DNA of 63,239 nucleotides, filler included, from Octopus bimaculoides (lineage: Eukaryota): the NCBI RefSeq assembly GCF_001194135.2. It is 7 parts of 6 records of this genome, joined end to end, with 100 filler letters (N's around TTAATTAATTAA, not from the genome) between each part and the next. Parts side by side here need not be neighbours in the genome. Positions count along the whole stretch, not along the records: positions 6,316 to 22,607 come from NC_068990.1; positions 22,708 to 30,890 come from NC_068981.1; 5 more parts are not named here. The stretch is one strand, 5' to 3'. Shown here one piece after another: positions 11,111 through 24,422 of this stretch. Numbering within the stretch: position 1 is the stretch's first letter; every line of letters begins with the position of its first letter. The notes beneath the pieces were generated by a model, which searched no databases, was not told the DNA's origin, and saw only the letters and a list, made by a program, of their open reading frames with translations. The position numbers were made by a program, and so were the translations under genes.

Positions 11111-12199
11111 AAAAAAGTGGTAAAAAAGATGATATCGTATGGGGCGTGGGTGTAGGTAGCTCTCAGTCGGATCCTTTTTGAAGATCAACATTCCGCTTTT
11201 TTTTTTTTCTTGGTAAATAATTATTAAGCACTGAATAATTATTATTCTTGGTAAAGAAGACGAAGCATTGAACAATGATTAATTAATAGACACTGAAGGG
11301 AGACTACGAGCAACTGTTGTACGTTGAACACGGTTAAAAGAGCAGAACACGATCTTTATCTGCCCAGCAAATCAACTTTTGCTAAATGTTATTAATATCC
11401 ATTCTACTGAAACCACAAGGCCTTAAATTTGGGGGAAGGGATTAAGTCGATTTCATCGAGCCCAGTGTGTAACTGGTACTTATTTAATCGACCCAGAAAG
11501 AATGAAAGCAAAGTCGACCTCGGTGGAATTTGAACTCAGAACGTGAAGACGGACGAAATACTGCAGAGCATCTTGCCCGGCGTGCTTACGTTTCTTATTT
11601 CTGCATTGCCCACAAGGGGCTAAACATAGAGGGGACAAACAAGGACAGACAAAGGGATTAAGTCGATTACATCGACCCCAGTGCGTAACTGGTATTTAAT
11701 TTATCGACCCCGAAAGGATGAAAGGTAAAGTCGACCTCGGCGGAATTTGAAATCAGACCGTAACGGCAGACGAAATACCGCTAAGCATTTCTCCCAGCGT
11801 GCTAACGTTTCTACCAGCTCACCGCCTTAACTAACTGTTATTAATATAATTTGCAACGAAAGGTCAAGACAGTGGTTCTGCTTCGAAGCAAATTTTCTGT
11901 CATGTGTATACAAGAGGTTAAGCTTGCAGATATAAAAGATCACTCATCAAATTTTACCTGGAAGCTGCACTTTCCCGAGAAGAAGTCTATTTCCTAGAGT
12001 GCAAGGGATTCGGAGTTTGGGGAGTGCTACTCGTCCTTCCTCGGTGGCGTTTTCTGCCCATGTGCGGCTGCCTGTATCTTTTATTTCATATTGTATTATA
12101 CATAATTGCATAAATCTCTCGTTTATTGCATATGTGCGTTGTAACATGTTCATTATAAACATTTTGCGTAGAACGTTTTGCATTTTATGTAATGGGTCC

Positions 12200-12239
12200 C
12201 TGTAGCCACTAACAAAAGCCATTATTATCATCTTCATCA

Positions 12240-12288
<49 letters not shown>

Positions 12289-12342
12289 CATCAACAACAC
12301 TAATACAACCATTATAATCATCATCATCAATGCTACTACAAC

Positions 12343-12414
<72 letters not shown>

Positions 12415-12515
12415 TGCAATTTCCGTTATCGTTACAATTATTATGATTGTTATATCATCGGTTTTATTACTATTGGCATTGTCATTCTGGTGTTGTTATT
12501 AGCATTGGAATTCTT

Positions 12516-12554
<39 letters not shown>

Positions 12555-12866
12555 ACCGCTGCTGTTGTTGTTACGAGGTTGGTGAATTTTCACCGCTCAT
12601 ATTGTTATGCCTTGGTGTTATATTTACTCCACTATAATTAACAATTCAAATCAAATCAGCACTGCAAACGTTACAATGCTGCTACTACTACTACTGCTAC
12701 TACTTTTTCTGCTATAATTATTAATTAATAGACATTGTGGTCGTCTGTTTGCCTTGCATTCATCTCCTCTCCCTACTACTCCTCACCTTTCTCTCTATTC
12801 AGTATATAGTATTTCTCTCTGCTATTGTTTTAATTATTATTATTATCATTATTATTATTATTATTA

Positions 12867-12933
<67 letters not shown>

Positions 12934-13050
12934 CTTTATTATTATTATTATTATTATTATTAATATTATTATTATTATTATTATCATTATTATTATTATT
13001 ATTATTATTGTCATCATTATTTACATTTTTATTTTTATTATTTGTATTNN
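12200..13050. repeat. Long compound (TAT)n/(CAT)n/(GCT)n trinucleotide tracts
   Basis: Directly visible; the source of the poly-I/Y/L/N ORFs in the track. Confidence 0.95.
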
Positions 13051-15180
13051 NNNNNNNNNNNNNNNNNNNNNNNNNNNNNNNNNNNNNNNNNNNNNNNNNN
13101 NNNNNNNNNNNNNNNNNNNNNNNNNNNNNNNNNNNNNNNNNNNNNNNNNNNNNNNNNNNNNNNNNNNNNNNNNNNNNNNNNNNNNNNNNNNNNNNNNNNN
13201 NNNNNNNNNNNNNNNNNNNNNNNNNNNNNNNNNNNNNNNNNNNNNNNNNNNNNNNNNNNNNNNNNNNNNNNNNNNNNNNNNNNNNNNNNNNNNNNNNNNN
13301 NNNNNNNNNNNNNNNNNNNNNNNNNNNNNNNNNNNNNNNNNNNNNNNNNNNNNNNNNNNNNNNNNNNNNNNNNNNNNNNNNNNNNNNNNNNNNNNNNNNN
13401 NNNNNNNNNNNNNNNNNNNNNNNNNNNNNNNNNNNNNNNNNNNNNNNNNNNNNNNNNNNNNNNNNNNNNNNNNNNNNNNNNNNNNNNNNNNNNNNNNNNN
13501 NNNNNNNNNNNNNNNNNNNNNNNNNNNNNNNNNNNNNNNNNNNNNNNNNNNNNNNNNNNNNNNNNNNNNNNNNNNNNNNNNNNNNNNNNNNNNNNNNNNN
13601 NNNNNNNNNNNNNNNNNNNNNNNNNNNNNNNNNNNNNNNNNNNNNNNNNNNNNNNNNNNNNNNNNNNNNNNNNNNNNNNNNNNNNNNNNNNNNNNNNNNN
13701 NNNNNNNNNNNNNNNNNNNNNNNNNNNNNNNNNNNNNNNNNNNNNNNNNNNNNNNNNNNNNNNNNNNNNNNNNNNNNNNNNNNNNNNNNNNNNNNNNNNN
13801 NNNNNNNNNNNNNNNNNNNNNNNNNNNNNNNNNNNNNNNNNNNNNNNNNNNNNNNNNNNNNNNNNNNNNNNNNNNNNNNNNNNNNNNNNNNNNNNNNNNN
13901 NNNNNNNNNNNNNNNNNNNNNNNNNNNNNNNNNNNNNNNNNNNNNNNNNNNNNNNNNNNNNNNNNGAAGAAGAAGAAGAAGAAGAAGAAGAAGAAGAAGA
14001 TAGATTAAAGTAAAATTGCTAATTCTCATTCAGAAATTGAGTAGTGTATGGCATAGTTGGATCTCACCAACACTCAACAGCGGCGTAGGTTTGATAGTAA
14101 TAGGCACTGGCATAGCTGCGCGTAAGAAGTCTGCTTCCGGTCACATGGTTTCGGGTTCAATCCCAGAGTGGCACTTTGAACAAGTGTCTTCGAGTATAAC
14201 CCCGGTCTGACCAAAGCTTTGTGAATTGATTTGCTAGAGGGAAAGTGAAAGAAGCCCGTCCTTTATGTATGTGTGCGTGTGTATATTTGTGTTTCTATGT
14301 GTTTGCGTCTTTCTGTTTATGTTTGTCCACCAAAACCGCTTGGCAACCAGTGTTGGTTTGTTTATGTCCGTGTTACTTAGTGTTTCAGAAGAAGAGACGA
14401 ATAGGATATGAATCCGGCTTAGAAATAAAGCACTGGAGTCGATTTGTTCGGCTGAACCGTTTAAGGTGATGTTCCAGCATGGCCCTAGTCCAGTTAATAA
14501 AAGGAGCAACAGAGTATCGAGAGAGAGCCAGACTTAATGGTTTCTGCTTCAGGTGCAATTCCAGAAATATTGAGGGAGAGAACCAGTAGGCACCATCGAA
14601 CCTAATGCATGGCTGGTACTTTATTTCCTCGAAAATAATGAAACGCAAAAAAAAATTAATTCAGCGGAATTTGAACTCAGAAAGTAATGAGCCGAGAGAA
14701 ATACCCTTAGTAGATCTGTCAGCTACTCTAACGGTTCTGCCAGCTCGCTGCCTCGCTTCGAGTCTTAATTGTCGTAATCCCGTTCCGTTTTGCTGTAAAT
14801 ATTTGTCCGCGTACCCTTAACGTAGTTCTCAGGGAGATTCAATATCACACAGAATGTGACAAGGCTGAGCCCTTTGAAATACAGGTACAATTCATTTTTG
14901 CCAGATGAGTGGACTGGACCAAAGTGAAATAGAATGCCCTGCTCAAGGACACAACACGCCGCCGGGTATCGAACTCTCGACTTTACGATCGTGAGCCAAG
15001 CAGCATCTGATCCGTGTCTCTGTTCTGAATTCAAGTTCCACTGAGATCGACTTTGTTTTTCATCCCTTCGGGGTCGATAAAATAAAGGCCAATCGATCCC
15101 TGGGGTCGATGTAATTGACGTACTTCCTTCCCCCGAAATTGCTCGTCTTGTGCCAAAATTTGAAGTCAATATTTGAAACC

Positions 15181-15219
<39 letters not shown>

Positions 15220-15592
15220 GTGTGTGCGCGCGTGTGTGTGTGTGAGAGAGAAAGAGAGAGAGAAAGGGAGAGAGAGAGTATGTGCGTGTGTGCGTGTGTG
15301 TGTGTGTATGTGTGTGAGAGAGAAGAGACAGTGTGTGTGTGTGTGTGGAAGGCAGCGAGCCGCCAAGATCGTTATTGCATCGGACAAGATGCATAGCACC
15401 ATTTCGTCCGTCTTTATGTTCTGAGTTCAAATTCTGCCAAGGTTGGCGTTGCTTTTCATCCTTTCGGAGATTGATAAAATAAGTACCAGTTGCGCATTGG
15501 GGTTAATGTAATCGACTTACCCCGCTCCCCGAAATTGCTGGTCTCGTGTCAAAATATGTGTGTGTCTATGTGTTTGTGTTTGTCTCTGTGTA

Positions 15593-15811
15593 CGAGGAAG
15601 TGAGTGAAAATTCCTGGCTTTAAGGGTGTCGCAAAACGTCTAGTTGGAGACTCTACCTTCCGAGTTCTTTTAGAGGGCCTAAAAAGAACTTAAGGACCGC
15701 TGCAATAAGTGTGTTAATCTAAGAGGGGAATATGTTGAATAAAATCATAATTAACTGACCCTGCTGTATTTTCTTTTACCCAAAACCAGGAACCTTTTCA
15801 GCGTCCCGTCG
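15593..15811 (+). mobile_element. Complete mariner-derived MITE (~220 bp)
   Basis: TA-flanked (15591-92 and 15812-13) with imperfect TIRs CGAGG...TTCCTGG. It retains the transposase C-terminal codons ELKDRCNKCVNLRGEYVE*. A partial copy lies at about 35103-35190(-). Confidence 0.85.
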
Positions 15812-15874
15812 TATGTGTACCTATGTGGTTGTGTGTGTCGGTGTGTGTACATACATATGTATGTGTGTATGTAT

Positions 15875-16295
15875 AAGAGAGCAGTGCATGCCATCAAAGT
15901 GAAACTGAGGTAAAATATATGAAGCCCAGTATACCCATCATGACTCCCGTCTGATAAGGGTACATCAGGCACATGCATCACAACCATATGTGTGTCATAT
16001 GATGATCTCATATCAAGATAAACAGCGCATGACCTTGCTCGTGGGGAGAGGCCCAGTTAGAATTCTCTTCAGGTCGAGTAACCCATCCTACACAAAACGT
16101 CCCAGATTAAGGGTTGCTTAAGGATGTTGAACAAGACACCTATGTTTCCAGAGGCGAACAATTCAAACCACAAAGAATTCCTCTCGACATATGGCTACAA
16201 TACTCCCCCACTACTTCTGCTCGTGATCGGAGATGTACATATCGTCAGCCACTAAGGGACACGCTGAACTGGTTAAGGTCAAACAACTGACGAAC
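15875..16295. repeat. Dispersed repeat, unclassified
   Basis: The GAGAGCAGTGCATGCCAT.AAAGTGA... segment recurs at about 30270-30500. Confidence 0.8.
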
Positions 16296-17098
16296 AAATA
16301 TGTGGTATTGAGCGGAATATTTGCTGTAGTATGTATGTATGAATGTATGTATGTATGTATGAATGTATGTATGTATGTATGAATGTATGTATGTATGTAT
16401 GTGTAAAGAACGACAGATACATCGTGAATGTGGAAGACATTTAGAGAAGTGAACGCTTGTGTGTATGCGTGTGTGTGTTGTATGTTGTGTGTGAGTGAGT
16501 GAGTGAATGAGTGAGTGACTGAGTGAGTGAGTGAGTGAGTGAGTGAGTGAGTGCAAAGGAACAAGATAAATGAAGGGAGGGGGATTATTATAGATGATTA
16601 GACACGTAAACACAGCGTGAATGAAAGCGCAATTAGGTAACAAAGAGGAAGTTATTTCCCCTTACTCACTGACCTTACACCCGTATAGTGTTAATTATAT
16701 TTACCCCCGTCCATCCATCTCTCTATTACCTAATTACTTTTACTTATTATGCCATTAGATTAGCGCTATGTATTCACTTAAAAGTCAATGTCACCAACTC
16801 TGTATTACTTCTATACAAACATCATGTTTGTATAACAATTTAATGTCTATGTAGTATAAAAGAAACGTGATGAATCACATTACAAAAGAAATATACGTAT
16901 ATTTGCAGTTATGTACACACACACAAACGCGTATGCATGCACATTCACGAACTTGTGTGTGTGTGTGTGTTGATAGCGTCATACTCATGTGATTGCAGTC
17001 AAGTGCGACAAAGTACGCAGTATGATAAAGCATCGCGAAGTTTCAAAGAGCCTTCCCGAAACATAAGCTCATAAGGCCCGTTTTCTGGATTCTGCTGC

Positions 17099-17130
<32 letters not shown>

Positions 17131-17425
17131 ATCAACACCACCCCCACCGGATGGGACGCCAGTGCGTCACAAAATTAATCATCTTTTTGCCAGCCAACTA
17201 AACTGGAGCAACGTAAAAATGAAACCTTCTGTCCAAGAACATAACGCATCGCCCGATCCAGGAATCGAAACCACAATTTTACGACCATGAGTGTAATACT
17301 CCCTAAACATTAAGGCACACGCCTCTACATCATGAAGCAGAGTTTTATCAACCATGTTTTACCCATGGTTCCCTTAGATTCCCATTTTTCTTGGACGAAA
17401 TGTCTTCCCAGACATTTCATAGCTG

Positions 17426-17517
17426 GATCTTTCTAGATATTTCTTGGACGGATCTTTCTAGATAATTCTTGGACAGGTCTTCCTAGACATTTCTTGGACG
17501 GATCTTCCCAGATATTT
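17426..17517 (+). repeat. 25-bp minisatellite (GATCTTTCTAGATATTTCTTGGACG, ~3.7 copies) inside a degenerate hAT-like element (~17337-17703)
   Basis: Units start at 17426, 17451, 17476 and 17501. The right end GGTTGAGCACGACTG resembles the TIR of the 3935-4276 MITE. Confidence 0.7.
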
Positions 17518-18164
17518 GATGTTTAAAAAACTCATATTGTATTTTTAGAATTAAACATTTTGCAGAGTTCTATAAAAAAAAAACTGTTAAAATCTTTAGT
17601 GAATTCTGAGAAGTAAAACCAATTTATCGCAGATAAATTTTAACAACAAAATCTTATAAGGACCCCTTCCAAAGGCCATAGGCACCCCGGTTGAGCACGA
17701 CTGTGGTATAATAGAGTGGGATAAACTTCGTTCAATGTAGTGACGCTCATTAAGTGTTTCTCATTCACGATTTGGTTTGCCCGAATAGCGAAGGACAGTT
17801 ACAATATGGAGAAGGTAAAACGTACGCGGAGCGGGTGGAATGCAACGAATTATACAATAGTTAGAAATCGTTTTTGTTTTCTTTCTTATCTTTTTTTTTT
17901 TTCTTGTTTCAGTCATTTGACTGCGGCCATGCTGGGGTATTGCCTTGAAGAATGTTTTAGTCGAATGCATCGAGTTGATTTTAGGCCTGGTACTTATTCT
18001 GCCCTTACTTTTGCCGAGTTGCTAAGCTATAGGGGTGTAAGCACACTAACACCCGTTGTTAAGTGTTGGCTGGAGGGACGATAAACAAACACGAGACACA
18101 AACACACACACAAAGGCACACACACACAATCACGCACGCGCGCAAACACTGACGTATCTATCTA

Positions 18165-18211
<47 letters not shown>

Positions 18212-19822
18212 NNNNNNNNNNNNNNNNNNNNNNNNNNNNNNNNNNNNNNNNNNNNNNNNNNNNNNNNNNNNNNNNNNNNNNNNNNNNNNNNNNNNNNNNN
18301 NNNNNNNNNNNNNNNNNNNNNNNNNNNNNNNNNNNNNNNNNNNNNNNNNNNNNNNNNNNNNNNNNNNNNNNNNNNNNNNNNNNNNNNNNNNNNNNNNNNN
18401 NNNNNNNNNNNNNNNNNNNNNNNNNNNNNNNNNNNNNNNNNNNNNNNNNNNNNNNNNNNNNNNNNNNNNNNNNNNNNNNNNNNNNNNNNNNNNNNNNNNN
18501 NNNNNNNNNNNNNNNNNNNNNNNNNNNNNNNNNNNNNNNNNNNNNNNNNNNNNNNNNNNNNNNNNNNNNNNNNNNNNNNNNNNNNNNNNNNNNNNNNNNN
18601 NNNNNNNNNNNNNNNNNNNNNNNNNNNNNNNNNNNNNNNNNNNNNNNNNNNNNNNNNNNNNNNNNNNNNNNNNNNNNNNNNNNNNNNNNNNNNNNNNNNN
18701 NNNNNNNNNNNNNNNNNNNNNNNNNNNNNNNNNNNNNNNNNNNNNNNNNNNNNNNNNNNNNNNNNNNNNNNNNNNNNNNNNNNNNNNNNNNNNNNNNNNN
18801 NNNNNNNNNNNNNNNNNNNNNNNNNNNNNNNNNNNNNNNNNNNNNNNNNNNNNNNNNNNNNNNNNNNNNNNNNNNNNNNNNNNNNNNNNNNNNNNNNNNN
18901 NNNNNNNNNNNNNNNNNNNNNNNNNNNNNNNNNNNNNNNNNNNNNNNNNNNNNNNNNNNNNNNNNNNNNNNNNNNNNNNNNNNNNNNNNNNNNNNNNNNN
19001 NNNNNNNNNNNNNNNNNNNNNNNNNNNNNNNNNNNNNNNNNNNNNNNNNNNNNNNNNNNNNNNNNNNNNNNNNNNNNNNNNNNNNNNNNNNNNNNNNNNN
19101 NNNNNNNNNNNNNNNNNNNNNNNNNNNNNNNNNNNNNNNNNNNNNNNNNNNNNNNNNNNNNNNNNNTAACACTCAGACAAATACACGAATACGTCCTCAT
19201 ATATGAAACTTCCCCAGATTAAATTGGAAATATGCATAGTAGATATCATACCCCCATACTGACAGTTTACACAGGTAGAGTAGAATAGTTAGTGGGCTGT
19301 TTTATAGATAGATTTGTGTATGTGTGTGTGAGGGGGTGTATGTATATATATGTATATGCACATGTATGCAAACATATGGATATGAAAGTCAACAGATCAT
19401 CATACAGACGGATCGGTACATAGGTCATATGAACAGAGAAGCACACATACGCACACATACACAAATGACGACTGATCATATATACACACACATTTTACTT
19501 CACACAAGGACACATATGGAGACACACGTCCTCACATATAGAGATGCACATCCATACATACAAACACAGTACGTAATTACAAAATACACACACACACAAA
19601 CACACACACTCAGACATGCACACACAAAGAGACAGAGGTACACACACACACACATGCAAATACACACACACATACATAAAACACAAACACATGAATATGC
19701 AGAATACATGCATACAAATGCACACACATACATACATATATATATATGCACACACACACATACATGCAAACATGCACATGCATACATACATACATACATA
19801 CATGCATGCATGTATGTGTATG

Positions 19823-19853
<31 letters not shown>

Positions 19854-19974
19854 ACTCACCCACACACGCGCACAAAAAGAAAACAAAAATAACACTGTGA
19901 ATAACGGACAGAGTCAAAACTATTGAAAAGGTTGCAAGACGCAACGAACATTTTAGAAAACTTTTTTTTAAATA

Positions 19975-20104
19975 AGTGGAAATTTTACTGGTGAGTGTGT
20001 TAAATTATAAGGCACCAAATGAGAATGACTCTCCCCAGACACAACAGAATATGCTTCAACACACGAACTCACATAAAGTATCTTGCAAACCAAATCCCAA
20101 AACG

Positions 20105-20152
<48 letters not shown>

Positions 20153-21125
20153 NNNNNNNNNNNNNNNNNNNNNNNNNNNNNNNNNNNNNNNNNNNNNNNN
20201 NNNNNNNNNNNNNNNNNNNNNNNNNNNNNNNNNNNNNNNNNNNNNNNNNNNNNNNNNNNNNNNNNNNNNNNNNNNNNNNNNNNNNNNNNNNNNNNNNNNN
20301 NNNNNNNNNNNNNNNNNNNNNNNNNNNNNNNNNNNNNNNNNNNNNNNNNNNNNNNNNNNNNNNNNNNNNNNNNNNNNNNNNNNNNNNNNNNNNNNNNNNN
20401 NNNNNNNNNNNNNNNNNNNNNNNNNNNNNNNNNNNNNNNNNNNNNNNNNNNNNNNNNNNNNNNNNNNNNNNNNNNNNNNNNNNNNNNNNNNNNNNNNNNN
20501 NNNNNNNNNNNNNNNNNNNNNNNNNNNNNNNNNNNNNNNNNNNNNNNNNNNNNNNNNNNNNNNNNNNNNNNNNNNNNNNNNNNNNNNNNNNNNNNNNNNN
20601 NNNNNNNNNNNNNNNNTATATATACATAGTTGAAATTTACAGTAAACAAAAGATGAAGACAGGTGTATGAACAACATATATATACGCAGACATGCATGTA
20701 TGTATGTATGTATGTATGTATGTATAGCTTGTAGTGGTCGCCAGATTTGCAAGAAAGTGCAGTCTTTCATATATACTTGTCTTGAATACACAATACGTAA
20801 GAAGGTCTGTAATCTGTGAAATCGATCGATCTATCTATCTATTTAGCTACACACACACACACACACATATTATATTATATTTTATTGTGTTTAGGGAGAT
20901 TCATTCTTTTAGTGCCTTAATACTTAATACACTCGCCGGTTCGATTCCCACTCATTTATTTATTCATAGGAAAATTAAATAAGTAAACGAATGGAAATCG
21001 AACCAGCGAATGTGTTAGATAATAAGGCACTAAAACAAAATGACTCTCCCCAGACACAATAAAATATGCTTCAACACACGATTTCACATAAAGAATCTTG
21101 CAAATGAAATACAAAGACGAAATAT
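19975..21125. repeat. Two diverged direct copies (~130 bp) of a dispersed repeat
   Basis: AATGACTCTCCCCAGACACAA...ATATGCTTCAACACACGA at about 19975-20105 and 20985-21125. Confidence 0.75.
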
Positions 21126-21251
21126 ACATTGTATATATTATTTTATAGGCGCAGGTTGGCTGTGTGGCAAGAAGCTTGCTTACCAATCACATGGTCCCGG
21201 CTTCAGTCTTGTTAGTGATTTGGTAGTCGGAAACTGAAAGGAGCCCGTCGC

Positions 21252-21320
<69 letters not shown>

Positions 21321-21635
21321 CGTATATGCTTGTGTGTCAATGTTTGTCCCCCTTCATATCGCTTAACAACCGATGTTGGTGTGTTTACGTCCCCGTAGCC
21401 TAGTAGCTCGGCAAAAGAAGCCGATAGAATAAGTACTAGGCTTACACAGAATAAGTCCTGGGGTCGATTTGTTCGATTAAAGGCGGTGCTGCAGCTTGGC
21501 CGCAATCAAATGACTGAAACAAATGAAAGAATATGAAATATTTATTCCTGTTCTAAATTTAAGAGATGAGGAATTATTTACAATATTTACATTATTTATA
21601 TTTGACGGATATTTGAACTCATCGTGTTTATTGTT

Positions 21636-21681
21636 AACTCAACGTTTCGGCTGATATACCCTCCAGCCTTCATCAGGTGTC
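21636..21681 (-). ncRNA. Minimal hammerhead ribozyme motif, copy 2 (intact ACGT palindrome)
   Basis: GACAC-CTGATGA-A-GGCTG-GAGGGTATAT-CAGCC-GAAA-CGTT-GAGTT, with one stem I mismatch. Confidence 0.62.
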
Positions 21682-21727
21682 TTGGGGAAATTTCGAACCT
21701 GGGTTCTCATTCCTAAGGTATTTTTCG

Positions 21728-21775
<48 letters not shown>

Positions 21776-21826
21776 NNNNNNNNNNTGATGATGATGATGA
21801 TGATGATGATAATGATAATAATAATG

Positions 21827-21883
<57 letters not shown>

Positions 21884-21884
21884 G

Positions 21885-21932
<48 letters not shown>

Positions 21933-22000
21933 TGATGATGATGATGATAACATCGAAAAATACCTTAGTAATGAGAACCCAGGCTCCAAATTTCCCCCAA

Positions 22001-22046
22001 GACACCTGATGAAGGCTGGAGGGAATATCAGCCGAAATGTTGTTAA
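22001..22046 (+). ncRNA. Minimal hammerhead ribozyme motif, copy 3 (degenerate)
   Basis: GACAC-CTGATGA-A-GGCTG-GAGGGAATAT-CAGCC-GAAA-TGTT. Core and stem II are intact; helix III shows CpG decay and the 3' strand of stem I is partly deleted. Confidence 0.5.
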
Positions 22047-22102
22047 CAACAAAGATGAGGACAAATATCCGTCAAATGTAAATAATGTAAATAATATATT
22101 TA

Positions 22103-22173
<71 letters not shown>

Positions 22174-22544
22174 ACACGCTCAAGAAGAAGGGAAGCTTAC
22201 TCAAGCATTGATTGTATAGATAAAAGCTCATGGACAAATCGTGTGCACACTCATTCACACACACACACACACACACACGCTCACTCACATTGACACACAC
22301 ACACACATATATACACACACACACACACACATACACGCACACACACACACATACTGACGACAACCGACAAGGCATCTCGCGCCAGCGTGTTAGCAGCATC
22401 CAACATGACTCAAACACACAGATACAGACGTACAACTAATTACACGTACATTCATACAAACACAAGCTCATACATATATACACACACGTCTATATACACC
22501 GTCTTTACGAACAATTACAGTTGCATACAGTCAGTTTCTCTCTC

Positions 22545-22607
<63 letters not shown>

Positions 22608-24325
22608 NNNNNNNNNNNNNNNNNNNNNNNNNNNNNNNNNNNNNNNNNNNNTTAATTAATTAANNNNNNNNNNNNNNNNNNNNNNNNNNNNNNNNNNNNN
22701 NNNNNNNTTTAATTGAAAGAAAAAAAAAGAGACTTTTAATAATGTTACTAATATTAAAAACCAGATTATTCTTAATAACTGTCAAAGTTATCTTTTCTTA
22801 TTGTATACATTCTGTAAAAAATATATTCTGAGGTGAATTTCTCAGGTAAAATAGCCACTGGTTTTGAGGATGAGAAGTTTTTGGTATTATTTTGATTTTT
22901 CTAACACAACACTCTATTCTTTAAAAATAAAACTAAAGCTAAGTAATTATATTTGAGAAAACTAACAAATTTTTAAAGTAAAAAAATATATATATAAATA
23001 TAAAATGCTCAGCATTTTAATAACGTCTTTGAAAGAAAGTATGCTGTTCTGCTTTGAAAAGGAAGGGTATCATTATTTTGTTGTTTTAATTCTTATTTTT
23101 TAAGAGTATTTTTTTCTTTCTTGAATGTTCATACTAATTATGTAATATATACAATATTTTGTTACCATTACTGGCTTGCTCTCTGAAGAAGTAATGTATA
23201 TATTGTCTTTTTATATTTATTATTTTTTTTTTTTTTTTTTTTGGTCAGAAGTTCACTGACAGACCAATTGATTAAATAATCTAATAAAACAGTTTTATTT
23301 AAAATTTTTTTCCATTTTTTAAAATTTCATTTTTCTGTTTCTGTTTTTCAGTTTTACGTTTCTCAGAAAAATACATTTTGTTTATTAGCCTCTTTTGATT
23401 TCAAACCTTTCAAATTTGTAAGACACAATCTTGACTGGTATATTGATTTTTAATTCTAAATTCTATTTTCATAAAAAGCTGATGCCCTGTTTGCACAGAT
23501 TTCACATACATAGTATTAATCTGATTTTGATTATCAGGGATGTCAATCCCTTCACTTTACATCATTGATGACTTTCAGTAAAGAATGAACATGACTGTCT
23601 CTACTCCTAAAAGAATTTTGTTTTCCTTCCACTGACTGGGAGAAATCAAAGGCAAAAATTAATTCATATATTTCAGAGTTATAGCAACCTATAAACAGAA
23701 GTTCACACTTTTACAAATATCATACCTCGGTACTCTGTGGACTAGGTTCCCTGTTGACAAGCCTCTGATATTAAATTTAAAAAATGAACACTTACAGCAT
23801 GCAAATTAGTAGCTCTACTTCTCTGAAGCTACTGAATTAGATGTGTTTATAATTGGATTGACTACTTGTTTCTCTGGGAATATTTGAGTGACACACACAG
23901 CTCTGATAAGACCTCTGTATGGGTTGAAAATTGATTAAGGCCGTTCATTTTTCCAATTTGTGAAGATAAAGGTAAATATGACATGTTTGCATGTCTACTA
24001 CATAGGCTTATATATAAATGTTTGAAAAAAATACTTTTATGTGATGCAAATGAACAGTTAGGCAAAGGTGTTGTGTAATTACCTTCTCATATTTCAGGAA
24101 AAGATTCCCTTTTTCAAATAGAATGTTTTCCTGAAATATGATTGGATCTTTAATTTAACTTATGTAAGGTGATAATGTTTTCTCTTTGTTTTTGTAAATT
24201 AACATTACCTTAGATATTTAGCCTAACTCTTCATCTACATTGCTCAAAGGGGTTTTTTTCCAACCATGATTTGACCACATTACAATGCTTCAAGCAAATT
24301 ACAATACTCTTTGACACGCACACGC

Positions 24326-24422
<97 letters not shown>

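Larger units (their letters stand above)
21548..22098. mobile_element. Inverted pair of family-D SINE bodies around a (TAA/TGA)n tract
   Basis: 21548-21727(-) and 21948-22098(+) are reverse-complementary, with a 10-N gap in the spacer. Confidence 0.85.

Noticed and set aside
17426-17517. Regularly spaced 25-bp and 15-bp repeats (also 45178-45276) as a possible CRISPR array
   Set aside because: They are contiguous tandem units with no unique spacers, no cas genes, and a eukaryotic context.
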